Below, one piece after another: positions 47,611-60,903 of a stretch of DNA of 64,000 nucleotides. The DNA lies in the NCBI RefSeq assembly GCF_000315625.1, contig NW_005434623.1:151317-215316 (forward strand), written 5' to 3'. Origin of the DNA: Guillardia theta CCMP2712. Taxonomy: Eukaryota > Protista > Cryptophyta. The translations under genes and the position numbers were made by a program. Position 1 is the first letter of the stretch. The number at the start of each line of letters is the position of its first letter. A model generated the notes under the pieces. That model made no database searches. It had not been told where the DNA came from and saw only the letters and a program-made list of their open reading frames with translations.

Positions 47611-49188
47611 ATGTACTTGAAGAGCCTGTTTGTGCTTATGGCAACTCCCATGGTTCTCGGATTCTCTCCGAGCCTTTCCCTCCAGTCTGGAAGGTTGGCT
47701 CATCGCTTCTCCTCCCTCCAGTCTCACACAGCTCCTAGCAGACTTGCGATGAAACCATCGGCCAGCCCTCGCTCCTCCATCTTCAGCGCTAGGCAGAGAC
47801 CGAGCAGGGCAGCCGCGCTCTCCCTGCGCGCACAGCAAGGACCACGGTTAGTCACTTGGTCCGCAGCTGTGCCATCCAAGTGCTGACCTTGCAGCAGGGA
47901 GGATGGGTTGTCACCGCTGACAGGAGGAGGATTCAGCAACAAGGGAGAGCCTACTGTTCAGATCCGCGGCTTCTCGCTTGCCAACTTGACTCTGGGCCTC
48001 GGAATCTTCATTACGCTCTTCTCCTTCTACCAGTACTTCACCAACCAGAACTCCCTCACCTCCCTTGGCTTCGTCTACGGCCTTCCCATCGCCCTGGGAG
48101 GGTTTGCCCTCAAGTATGCCGAGATCCTGCCTGTGGATGTTGACACAGACGAGAGAGGGTGAGGAGAGGAGGTGCGGGAGCGAGCGGGAAGAATACCTGA
48201 TGACGTGGCAGCGAGGCGATATTTGCAGAGAAGGCCAACGAGATCTTGAGAAAGGTTAGGGCGGACGTGACGAGGCATCGCTATGGAGACGACGCTCACC
48301 TCGATAGCTCGCTCGAGAAGCTTGTGTGTCTTTTTGTCTTCGCCCCGGCGCTTCTGCCCTCTGACTGGAACGCTCAGGGTCTGGTTGTGGAGGGCAAGGG
48401 GTTCCCCCAGATGCAGAAGATCGTTATCAAGAATGAAGGTGAGGGTCTGGTAGGTGAGTCGCTGCCCTTACAGCCGTGCAGGAGGCGAGCTTGCTTTCAC
48501 CATGGTGTTCCAGAGCAAGGACACTCCCTACAAGGTGATGTCTGAGGGTTGAGAGAGAGGGAGCAGGCAGCAGGCAGCAGGCAGCAGGCAGCAGGCAGCA
48601 GGCAGCAGGCAGCAGGGAGCAGGGAGCAGGGAGCAGCTGGGGAAGGGATGGAATGTTGAGAAGGGGGGTGGGGAGGGAGGATGTGCTATAAGGAGCTTTG
48701 CACATCCTTGCGCGACTTCGTTGCTGACATGAAGGGAAAGACCTGGGCAGATCCAGTCCGCGTGAAGCGTTACGAGACTTTCTTTGGAGGAGACGTGAAT
48801 GCAGAGGTTGCCATGGTGGAGGAGTGAGAAATGGCGCTAACATGTCGTTAGGTTATCAAGGTCAGCAAGGAGGAGCGCCTGGTCGCTATCAAGCTCACCA
48901 CTGGTAGGCGCGGAGGAAGAGGGGGGGGAGGGGAAGGGGGAGGGGAAGGGGGAGGGGAAGGGACAGAGGGGAAGACGGAAAGGTGGATGGCCTGTTGACG
49001 TTGGCGGTTGCAGGAGAGCGCAAGAGAGGGAAGGGAACGATTGATTCCGATACCGGAGTGTCAGCAGGAGGAGCGATGCGCATGGAGGTCTGCGGTGAGG
49101 AGGAGAAACATCGGATGGTTGACGCTTTCCGCAGGCCTCTCCGCAAGATGACAAGGAGGACAAGGTCAAGAAGCAGATGGAGGTCTAA
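47611..49188 (+). CDS. DUF2854-family plastid membrane protein, multi-exon
   Basis: Leader [18 protein letters not shown]; [20 protein letters not shown] and [20 protein letters not shown]|GL are typical of DUF2854; stop TAA 49186-49188. Confidence 0.85.
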
Positions 49189-49313
49189 ACATGTTGGAAG
49201 GGATTGCATACAAACTTGTTCACATCACACCATTTATACACACTTGTTCATCACAAACACATCGACACCGACTTGCTCATCGGTGCATCTCATTTGGGTT
49301 GACATGTTCGATG

Positions 49314-52300
49314 TTAAGTCGCTGTTGAGAGAAGCTCGTCGTAGAACCTCCAGATCTTCTCCTTGTCTTGGTTCTCGTAGAGAATCCCCCTTGCCTGCCA
49401 CCAACCTTCAACAATGGGTTGTCTCCTTATCAATACTGCGTCGTCACTTGCACCACACTTTGTAACGTCTTTTTGTCCGCTCTGCTCTCATGGTTCTTTC
49501 CTCTCATACTCCTTGCCTTCTTCCCGCCTTCTCTTCTCTTCTTCTTCCCTCCTCCCCCTCCCCTCCCTCTCATCGATATCCTGTCCGTCTCATACTGCAA
49601 GCCCTCACTTCCTCCTTCCGTCTCTATCGCTCTCTCCTCTCACCTTCTGCATGTTGGGATCGATTCTCGGGATCACATTCCACAGCTGCATGTGCTTCAA
49701 CCCTTCCTCCTGTCGGGAGAAGGCGAGCAGGAAACGAGTCCCTACCGCCAGTATCTGCAGCAAGTCTCGCGTCACTCCTCGTCCCTGCTCAGCTAGCAGC
49801 ACCTGCTGCATGTACGATCTGCTCTCATGCTTGCAAGCAGCATCGAGGAGGTCGATGAGGTACTCCATGATGGGGGTCGTCCTGAGCTGGTGCACCACGT
49901 TGGCGCTGGAGCAGATGAGCTCGCAGGTCTCGAGCACCTGAGGGGAAGGTGAGGAGGAGGAGGAGGCAGGGAGAGAGCAAGGACGTCGGTCTGAAGCTCC
50001 AAGTTCTCGATCTTGATATGCCTGATGAGACGTGGAATGTCCGCTGCTCCCATTCTCGACCATTTCTCTTGCACTTGGCTATCTTGTGAGATCTGCGAGT
50101 GGGTGAGTTGCTTCAAGGAGAGTGTTGGTCGCCCCACATCAACAAGCATGTGGTGTAGAAGATGTTTGCAAGAGCAGTTTTCAAGTTCCAGAATGTCGAT
50201 GATAAGCTTGACGATCCTTGAAAGATATCACAAACATGCACAGAACATGTTGCTGTTGTATCACCCTGAATCGAAGAATTCCGACCTTGTGTTGGGTCTT
50301 GAAGCAAGTTTCTCAAACAGACGAATGCACTTTCGTTGCACCTCAAGCTTCTCATCGTCACAAGGGAATGTAAATACATCACGAGCTCACCTCAACGCTG
50401 AGCTGAACATCGTAGGGTGCAAGATGTTCTTTGAACACGGAGATGATTCTCGGAACAGCTCCAATGATAAGCACGTCCTCCACCCTGCATACGATCAAGA
50501 AGGGTCGCTAACAAGAGGATGGAAAAGAGGAAGCAGAGGTGCATAGACAGAGAGAGGCGATGGCAGGAAGAGGAATCAAGGGGGAGAAGAAGAGAGGATG
50601 GAAAACACAGTGGGCGGATGTGGAGCGAGAAGACGAGCTGGAAAACCGTTTCTGATCAGTCTCGCAGATTTGCGTGATGGAGCGAAGGTAGTTTATATCA
50701 TCCTGCAACCAACGTTCTCAGCTCGCTGCTGCCCGACCAGACTCTCCTGCCTCTCCTCACCTCGTCTATCGGCACGCCCTCGTTGTGACGAGAAGAGAGC
50801 TGCAAGGCCAACGTTTTGATGCATCCGATCTTGCAGCATGTTGGTCGTGACAGCGCACGCTCAGCCTCTGACAGACCTTGGACAAGAGGTTGCAAAGCGT
50901 GTCTCCTTCCTTTGTGATGACCGTCATTGCTCTCAGCACCAGCGTCCGCACCTGCTCTGCTCGTCAGCCCCTCCTCGTCTTCAGGTTTGCATGACCGCAG
51001 GCTGCATGTCGAAGGACTTGAACAGCTCCAAGATCGGCTGTAGCGACTCCACCTTCCATCGTATCCCTGTGTCGAGCACGCGATTGAAGATGGACACCTG
51101 TATCAGGATGAAAGGAGGAAAATGTAGGCAGAGGAAGAGGAAGAGGAAGAGGAAGAGGAAGAGGGAGAGGAGAAAGATAAGGAAGAGGAAGACGACGAGG
51201 AGGAGTGGGATAAGGAGTGGGAGGAGGAGGGGGAGGAGGAGGGGGAGGAGGAGAGAGGAGGAATTGCAAAGAAGACTGCAGAAAGAAAGGGAAAGAAGTT
51301 GAGAGGAGAAGAGAGGGGAAGAGAGATGGATCGGAGGAGGCATACCAGAGTTTGAGCTGCCCTTGTACAAGCTTTCAGGTCGCCAGCAAGGCAGTAGCTG
51401 CACAGTCCGCGCAGGAACTCCGGGCTGATTCTTTCACTGTGCTTGAGAGCATCTGACAGCAGCACAACATTGCAGACTTCAATCCCTGCTCGCTGCAGAG
51501 GACTCGCCGTTAGCAGCTGACTTGAACGCACCTCCACTACCTGCAGCTGCGCGTTCTTCGACCCTCTCATGCGGAAGATGAGGTCCAGCCCAGAGCTGAA
51601 CTCCTCCCCAGTCCTCGAATCCGTACCCTGCTCCCTCCTCTCAGTGCCACATCTCCTCCTCCTCCTCCTCCTCCTCCTCCTCCTCCTCCTCCTCCTCTTC
51701 CCCCTGCTCCTCCTTCGCTGCTCCCTGCTGCTTCTCCTGCTCCTGCATCTCACTTTCCACTTCACGAACTGCTTGCATGCTCCTTCGTTCTTCAGAAGCT
51801 GCCGTTACAGTCAGAGCCTCAGCACTTCCTGGAAGCCTCCAGCAGGACCTGGGCAAGAGCGTCGCAGGCTTCGCTCTTTCCCTTGCTGCTCTTGCACTTG
51901 AGGAGCAGGTCGATGGTGAACTGAACCCCCCCGGCCGAGAGGAAGAACTCGCGGTCCTCCTTGATGCAGCAGAAGGCTGGCGGATCATTCATTGACGATG
52001 AAACAGTTTGTGACAGTGGAGGAGGAGGGCACACAAGCAGATGCTAGAGCTCGAGAAGGAGACGTAGGTAAAAGGAGGAGGAAGAAGGAGAGAGGGAGGA
52101 TGAAGTGGTGGTGGTGGTGGCGGACGAGCAAGCAGCAACCTGCTAGTGCGTTGCTCGCGTACTCCTGCGAGGTCGGGAAGTTGCTCAGGATCGCGACGTC
52201 ACAGATGGCAGACACGCTAGGAGAAGGTCAGAGGAGGATCAAGAGCGATAGAGAGCTCACTTGCGGTGCTTGAGAGGCTTTAGATGAGGGACGGTTCTTT

Positions 52301-54390
52301 GCTGTAGCTCCTTCATACCTCTTTCAGCTACACATACCTCAGCCCCGTCTCTCCTCACCCTCCGCTCGTTGATCTTGGTGCGGAGACTTGGAAAGCCTCG
52401 TCGTTGCCAGCTCATCTCATCGGAGATCTTCACGGAATCAGACGGAGCTCACGCAAGCAACTTCAACGAACCTCCTCCTCCTCGTTGTTCGCCCCCCGCT
52501 TCTGCCTGCTCAGAAGATTCTCCAGGAACTCGAGCTCCTCCTGCTCCTTCTTGTCAGTCGTTCTCCCTCATGTATGATGTGCCAACCTTTCTCGTCCCCC
52601 TCGCTGAGAGAGCAGGGTGGTTCACATTTCCTACAAGACTCTCAGCGCCAGACAAGCAGCTGACAGCGCGGGCACCTCCCGGGGAGCTAGTGAACTCAAG
52701 TTTCTTCCGCGAGCTTGTCTGCAGACTTTTCCTGCTGGTTCCCATGACGCTCTCATATGACAAGTTGGGTTTGAAGTCTTCGAGCCTGACGTAAAGGTCC
52801 TTCCAGCCCCATCATCTCTCCCGCGTCTCACCCTCAAACTTACCGTCACACCGCTCCCCTTGGCCTTGTGCTTCAGGGTGACGTATGGGTTTGGGCGAAA
52901 GGGATTGGCTTCCTTCCTTCTTGCTCGCATGCCTCGGGCTTGTCTTACTTCAGTCTTCCTCCTCCTTCCTCCTCCCCTCCCTGCCTTCCCGCCTCCTCCA
53001 TTGCTATGTCAGTTGGAAAAAAGGGGAGGGCCTACTACCCAGCTTGATGACTTGCACGGAGGTAGCGGGGATGGCTGAGGTGATGGAAGGGAGAGAGGAG
53101 GAGAGAGAGGAGGAGAGAGGAGGAGAGAGGAGGAGAGAGGAGGAGAGAGGAGGAGAGAGGAGGAGAGAGGAGCAGGAGGATGGAAAGGCTGGCTGGTTGC
53201 CTGCAAGAGCACAGACAACTTGTCGTTTGAACTGACGGATGGAAAGTACGACAGAGGGTGGGAAGGAAGTACATAGTGGGCGGAAGGCGAGGAAAGGATG
53301 GAAAGCATGCGATTCTCATATCGTGGGCAGCGTGATGATGGTCATGCTGTTCCTTTGACCTCGTCTTCCATATACCACAGCCCCTCCCGCAGTCCCTCCC
53401 TCCCTCCTCCTTCCAACCTTCAGTTCGAACTCTTTCAAAGGAATCACACACAGCCTGTAATGTGACTGAGCAAGATACGGACTGGAAGACAAGCATCTGA
53501 TTGTGTTTCTGTTTGTGCTGATCGTGATAGGAGGCCTCGTCTACCGTTGTCTCTTCGTTCCTGCGCGTTCGGTTCTGCATCGACCGGAAGCCATAATTCT
53601 GCACACTACACATGTCGAGGTGAATTGGAGCGATCTGTTGGCCTCATCGCATTTATTGCAAGACTTCTATGATGAAGGAGGCTGTGACTGTTATCAACTA
53701 GCTGATTTCTGCTTTCGTATGCCATGGTAGAAAAAAAACAATTCTACCGCCTTGTTTGGTCTTCAGTGAAATTCGAAATAAATTTGCAATTTCGAGAAGC
53801 AATGTCTTTCTCTAGTCTTATACACAGGAGCATGTTCTCTTTCAATGTCAGTCAAGCGCAGGAGTGGAATAAACTCATTGTTGACACCATCGCACTCGAT
53901 GGGATATTCCACCGCCATGACAAGCTTGCGATCAAACCATGTTCGAGTCGATGTTAACACCATATTCTCCAACGAGCCAACTTTCGATGAAGCTACATTC
54001 TTTCTCATGTCCAAACATTAGATGCCCGAAAAGTGGATCATCGATATTGTAGGAGGGTCGCCGCCCAGCTTGTTCAATGAACTGATTGCAATCATCACAA
54101 CTTTGGTCCGGTTGACCTTGTCAATCACTGACGTTATCATAATCATCATGATAAACCACTGCAGCTCATCTTTGACTCTCTGCTGTATTGACGAGCATAT
54201 GTTGCGGTATGATTCCTTTCCAATCCGATCGAAGCACTTGCTCTGGACTAGTTCGTCACCGGATCCGACTATTGACTTTCTAGTAGACCGACCCGCCCCA
54301 CCACCCCTGGTCAACCTTCAGGTCATTCCTGTAGGGCAGGCTGATAGTGCTTGCAGCATGCTGCTTGGTCTGATCGACGAGCGCTGGGAT
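49314..54390 (-). CDS. Large multi-exon hypothetical protein, possibly alpha-solenoid/ARM-like; start uncertain
   Basis: Many minus-strand exons flanked by GT/AG and CT-rich introns, e.g. FLSAGGVQFTIDLLLKC, VSAICDVAILSNFPTSQEYASNAL, EEGLKHMQLWNVIPRI. Confidence 0.55.
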
Positions 54391-55452
54391 CTGAGGAGAG
54401 GGAGGGAGGGGGGGGGAGATGGGAGGGTGTGAAGGAAGAACATATCAGGCTCAGTGGGGCTCCGCCATTTTACAACAGCGGTCTGTGATTCGAAAAGACA
54501 TCAGTTCGGAAGCAAGTGGCGGTTTGTAGAAACACACAAACTTATGCATTATACATAATGGAAAAAGTAAAAATTCCACTGCACCCGCTATTATATATAT
54601 TTAAGTCGTTTTTTCACTGGTCATTATACCGAATTATTCTTTTTTATGTATAACTGTAGATTATAACAAAAGTAACTCCGATTTTTTGGGATCCTGTTAG
54701 TGGGTTGTCACGTTACTACACTCTCGTGCTCCATACCCCACCCCCCAGTCAGAACCATTTGACAGCGACTTTCTTTCTTCAACCCCACCCCGTATTTCGG
54801 AAATCTCATGACCCCATTAAGTGGTCTCACTCCTATTTGAGATTTGGTTTCATTCTCTTAACTCCATGGTTTCATTTTCAAATTTGACCAATGAGAGTTT
54901 GAAAGATAATCAACACTATGTACCTTTCACGATTGCACCACCCACCTCCCTCATCCCACCGACCACCCCCTCTCACCCGCCTGTCGCACTCGGGGGCTCC
55001 TCAAGAGACAACGATGGCACCCCCTTCGACTAGCCTCTTCCGCCCGCCATGACGGCGGGCTAGCAGAGAAAGGTAACTCTATCCTAGAGGATCCAAGGCG
55101 AGCATCGCTATCACTAGCCTTGCAGCTTCTTGACTCTGCCATGATGATCGTCTTGAGGGGGAGAAGCCGGTCAGGAAGTGGTGTTCGTGGGTTTTTTTAA
55201 GGATGCGACCACGCTCCCTCCCACGAACTTCGATTGTCTAAACCCACACACCGAATTTTCTTGGCTCGGTGGAGGGGACAGCTTATAGGGTTGACGACTC
55301 TACTGCGGGAGATGATTGCTCTGTTCTGGGTACACGTCAGGAGACTTGCCAGCACACAAATCAACACTGAGTGAAGGGAAACGACTGTGCGCGTGCTTGA
55401 AACTATTGAATCACGAGGATAATTTCAAAACTGTGATTGAAAAACGAACACT

Positions 55453-57010
55453 ATGAGTTTGGACACGGATGTGGACAGCAAGCAGGTCAACAATGAGATT
55501 TTCGCCATGATGAAGGTAATACACGCAGACTCCAACAAACTGAGCAACACCGAGAAGCTCGACGAACTTAGTCAGAGGCTCCTCAACAATGTTGCATCTC
55601 AGCTCAGGTGGTGTTTTGTGGACAGCACCGGCCTCATGTGGGATCCGGAGAGGAGGGAACTCGTGGGCTCCCCTGACTGGACGAGGATTTGTCGGCTGCT
55701 CTTCGGGGAGGTACGTGAGAACGGGACCTGGGTCCTGGTCAACAGCCGGCCGTATTGCATGCACAATAGGATCTGCAAGAGGCCATCGGCAGCTCATTCC
55801 TTTCTTGAGCGCTACGGCATCCATGCGAACCTTGAGAAGGCAACCCATGCTCATATCACCATCGCCAAGATCGCCAAGGTTGATCCCAAGTGGCTGGAGA
55901 CCAATCTGAGCATTTCTTCGGATTTGGCAACCAGGATTCGGCAAGAGGCTGGTGCAGAGATCGCAAGGTGCTGTGACTGCATGGAGCGATGGTCGGCGCT
56001 GTTTAAGGACACCTTTGGCAACCCTTACGCCGACCCCGTCCCCAAGTACAAGGAGACCCCGCAGAAGCGACTCTGGACGCTGCTGTGGCACCTGAAGCAC
56101 TTGCACGAGGCCGGGGTAATTAAGATCATCTCTGAGGATCAGATGAATTGCATCCTCGGGTTCAACCTGCTCGTCGTGCAGCAGCCTGAATTTCACCAGG
56201 AGATCTCCAAGTTCGTCCTGACAAACAGCAGCTGGGCCGCTCGCCGAGGGGCATCCAACATCCCTACCCGTGAGAAACTTTGTGCCTGTCGCCTCCATCC
56301 ATCTTTTCTCTATGGTTTCTATATCACTTGTGTTTACCCCCTCCGTCCTTGCACCTCTGTCTTTCCTTCTCTGTTCGTGTACCTCTCTCTCTCCTTCCAT
56401 ATGTCTCTCTTTCCTTCTCTGTTCGTGTACCTCTCTCTTTCCTGCCTCGTCCTCGTATCTCTCTCGTTCCTCCTTCTCGTTCTTGTTGCTCTGTCCTTCC
56501 TCCGTCCTTGTGCACATCTCTTTCCTTCTCTGTTCTTGTGCATTTCTCTTTCCTGCCTTTTACTTGCCAGATGTACCACTACCTTTCATTCTTGTTGTTC
56601 TGCCTTCCTTTCCACTGTGCTTGTGCCTCTCTTGTTCCGTCGTGAATCTCATCAAGGCCACTCTCCTCGCTGACTGCCTTGCTGACTGGCAGGCCCCGTG
56701 TACGAGCTGCTGCGCATGATCGGAGTGGCCCCTGTCTCTGAATCTCGAGGACCTAAGGAGTTTGATCCGACGCCCGGCAAGGTGCAGTAGTGCGATGACG
56801 TGCACAGTTGCTGTCAGTTTTCCGTTCTCCCCGTGTTGCTGTTCTCGTATCGTTGTCTTCCTGGTCAATGATCCTTATGTCCTCCAGGCTGGAAATGAGC
56901 AGGATCAGATGTATGCGACAAGGTCCTGAGATCCTGCGACTTGTGCATGGCAGTTTGACATGAATGAGTGCAGATACCAGTATAGCCACCATGAGATGAT
57001 GAGGAACTGT
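55453..57010 (+). CDS. Hypothetical protein (first exon ~55453-56269, further small exons)
   Basis: Well-formed globular-looking ORF up to ASNIPT, then a CT-rich intron; no family recognised. Confidence 0.6.
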
Positions 57011-57482
57011 TATCGTCTGATCGTCAACGCGGAGTATCGGAGGCGACCGGAAGAGCCGGCGGGATAAATTACAACATGTCAAGGTGTTGTTTGATGTTAT
57101 GGAACCGGCGGATTCTCCGTATTGTAAGAATCAGACTGTGAGCGGCACACGCTCCTTCTCCTTTATTCTCTTGTCCCCCTTATTCCCTTGTCTTGCCCGC
57201 TCTTCATCCCTCTCTTCTCTTCCCTCCTCTGGGTTTCACTCTCTCCTGTCTCCTGCTATGACGGATTTTGTGTTCATGTCGTTCCTCCACCATCGTTCTC
57301 CTTTTTCTCCACCTCTGTCACTTGTTGTCTGTCTATCGATCCCTCTCTCGAAGTAGCTTGCTCTTTTCCTCTATTTTCCGTTGCTCGCAGAGAGAGAGAG
57401 AGTTTTCTGTTGCTCGCAAGCACGTTTTTGGGGAGTTTTTGTTTGTTCGGCGCCTCAGACCATGCCGAGAAATGAAAGATAG

Positions 57483-60313
57483 TTAAGAACAATACTTTTG
57501 AAAAGAATGAAACACATTTATCAGCAACATGTACATACATACACGGAGAACGTTACAGTCTCCTACAGCCTCATCCAAGAAACGCCCATTTTCTTCTCGA
57601 TCGTTGTCGCAAAGCTTCTCATCTGCAAAGGGATCATTATCGCAGGAATGACTCATCGCGCTCACCATTCGCTCCCTCTCGCTCCTCCTTTCGTCAGCAC
57701 GCCTCTTCACGTCCTCATACATCTGCGCTCGCTCTCCCATCAGCTCCTCTTGCCGCCTCCTCTCTGCTGAAAACCTCTCGCAGAGATTCCATCGTCGCCT
57801 CCTCCACTGGCTCCTTGCGCTCTAAAGGTTTACCGCTAATGGCCTTGTCCTCTCCCACAAAGGAGGAGAGCAAGTGCATGCAGTCAACTGACTTGCTCTC
57901 GGTCACCAAGAGCGGAGAAGCACCGAGGCACCTGTAGGCGATTCGTGAGCAGAAAGTGATGAAGGGAAGAGGGAGATCGGAGGATGAAGATAGGAGAGGG
58001 CGGGCGGGCAGGTAGAATGCCGTCAGAACGGCGATGGTATCGGGTAAGTGGAGTCTGCGGAGGAGAATGGCACTGACACTGATGAGACAGAGACAATCGG
58101 AACGATGAATATTTGTAAGAAGGACTATGACCGTGACTGTGACGACGACGATGCACATGATGATGATGTTGTTGATGTTGAGAAAAGGTAGGGGGAGAAG
58201 GAGGAGGAGGAGGAGGAGGAGGAGGAGGAGGAGGAGGAGGAGGAGGAGGAGGAGGAGGAGGAGGAGGAGGAGAAGCAGGAGAGGTCCTCACCTGCAAACT
58301 TCCCGGTGGGACTCTAGCGAATTGCCGCCCGAGGGCCGAAAGCTCTTGCGGACGGTCGAAGACACAGCAGAGCTCCTGGTGTGTGTCGAGCTGACTGCGA
58401 TCTTGTTCCTGCTCCATCCTCGTCATATCATGCATGGCCTGCATCCTTTCCTTGTGTCACCGGAGCTGTACGACCGTCGGGCCCAGGGACACGAGCAAGG
58501 AGCGGAGGTCGGAGAGGAGCTGAAGGAGAAGAGAGCATGTTACTAGGAACAACTGGATGTTTCCGTCAAACACGCACAAGGCTGGGTCAGACCTGGCAGG
58601 GGGGTTGCTGCGTGAATGCTTCGAGGTCAATCCGCGATCTTTCGTGGTCGGAATGCATCGCAGCGTTGGAGAGCCAAGAGTAGAAGAGAAGAAATTTCTT
58701 TCGAGATTCTGAGGAAGAGTTTGAGAACTTTTCATGCATGCAGAGAAGAAGGAGATCGGAACCAGCATCTGGTCTACTCGAGCCTTTCTTCACTTTCTTC
58801 TCGCACAGCTGGTAGGAGGTGTAAGAATGGTACTGGGGAACATCGGTTCCATGTTCCCACCTTCAGAATCTCTCCGAGAGTCGTTGCTTGTTTCATCTCT
58901 GCAAAGGTTTGTCAGTCAAAAGCGTGTCTGCACACAGCTCAGTACTTGTCCGATGAAGAAAATTGCACACTAGTCGGTCCAAGTGCATTTGCCTGTAGAA
59001 AAGCTCCATGAGGTATCTCAACAGTGCGCAAATTTGCAACCTGATGAACAGCTTCCTGCAGTCAAACTGTGCACGGAGTGAGTCGGCAGGGCTGAGAGAG
59101 AGGAAGGAGACTCACTTGTAGGAGGTTGAAGCTCATCAGAGCTGAACGAGATCTTGATCGCACTCCATCACATCTCCGATTCACTGAGAAGTTTCCTAAA
59201 GGGATAATGGTGACTTGGGTTGATTTCTAATTGTTCTCATCATGAATGAATGACTGATTGGTGGAAGTATAGCACGATTGAGTGATTCGATGACTGAATG
59301 ATTGACTTCATTGCCTTTATGTGCGCTTTCATTCTCCTCGTCATACCTTCCTGGTCTGGCCCGAGCCTCCGTACTGTCCTCCTCTCCCCAGTAGCATTCC
59401 CAAGAAAGTTCCCTCTTGCGATCATCCATCCCCAGGCTACCAATAGCTCCCTGCTCTGCATTGAAATTAGTTTCCTCCTCCTCCTTCTCCTAGGAGGAGT
59501 ATGGGTATCAGAAGGATCAATGATCAAAATCGCGAGCAGGAACAGGACAGACATAGGGAAGAGGAGGAAGACACTGTTGCGAGTACAGGTGCAGGAAGAG
59601 AGTAAGGAAGCGGAGGACTCCTGCTCCTGCTCCTGCTCCTGCTCCTACTCCTACTTCCTCGGCTGCCGCTGCAACTGCTGCAGCAGCTGCTCGTCATCTC
59701 TCAACACGCAAGACTTCTCTTCCATTACTTCTCAGATCTTCTCGAACTTCCCTGCAGTCATTCTCACTCACCTTGCACTCGAAGCTCTCAGAAGCAGCGA
59801 TCCTGTACAGCTCGTGCAGGCGGGGGTAGCCCAGCGCCGCCAGTGTGGTCACCTGCAGCAGGCGAGTGCTGAGGGGGAGGCGACAGCCATTGACATGACA
59901 TACCACTGCCACCTTCGTTTGCTTCTTCTTGTTCATGCACACTTTGCTCCACAGAATGTCGAGCTGCGGCAAGCACGGAGTAGTAAGCTCCAAGGAGGGA
60001 GGAAAGGTACATGCTGCGGCTGCTAACCTGACTGCAAGAGACCTCTGGGTCGATCAACAGCACCATCATGTCATGCATCGAACGCCACAGCCTACAGTGC
60101 ATCGTGAGCGCCGGTAGTGGTACAATTGTGCAGATCAGATCTTACTCCGTTGACGACTTGGTGCTGTCTTCCACCTTGGAGAGCCGCAACCTGCAACAAA
60201 CATGAGCCAACATGATAGCTGAAACTCAAACTTCTTCTCCATCGCCACTACAACCACAGCTACATCCTTCTCCTCATCCTCCTTATCTTTGTCTTCCTCC
60301 TCGCTATGATTAC

Positions 60314-60375
<62 letters not shown>

Positions 60376-60683
60376 ACGACACCACCACCGCCGCCACCAC
60401 CACCGCCACCACCACAATTGTCATCGTTTCCTTATGAAAACCAGCCTTCCTCCCATTCACATCCCATTCATCACATTATCACCATCATTCATCATCATTC
60501 ATCATCATTCATCATCATCATCATTGTCATCATCATCATTGCCAGCACAATCAGCACACTCATCTTACATCTCAAGTGACGGAGAGCTCCCGCCATGCTC
60601 TCGCAGCGCCTCCTTCACGGCGCTACAAGCTTCCTGCGCCATGCCTGAACCTCTCTGAGGCGGACACGGATCTTCTGGAACAT
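57483..60683 (-). CDS. Multi-exon hypothetical protein
   Basis: ATG 60683 (MFQKIRVRLRE) and exon-like pieces separated by microsatellite introns. Confidence 0.45.
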
Positions 60684-60903
60684 GTCGGGGAGGGAGAGGG
60701 AGGGAAGGAGTGAGGAAGGTGGAGAGGGAGAGTGGGGACGAGAGGGAGGGAGAGGGAGGGAGAGGGAACGAGAGGGAGGGAGAGGGAGGGAGAGGGAACG
60801 AGAGGGAGGGAGCATGGATTGTGGGGGTATGTGAGAAGTGTTTCGCATGCTCGGAGCGCTAATCTGCACCAACTAGGCTAGGATGCAATCGCGATGACCG
60901 GGG

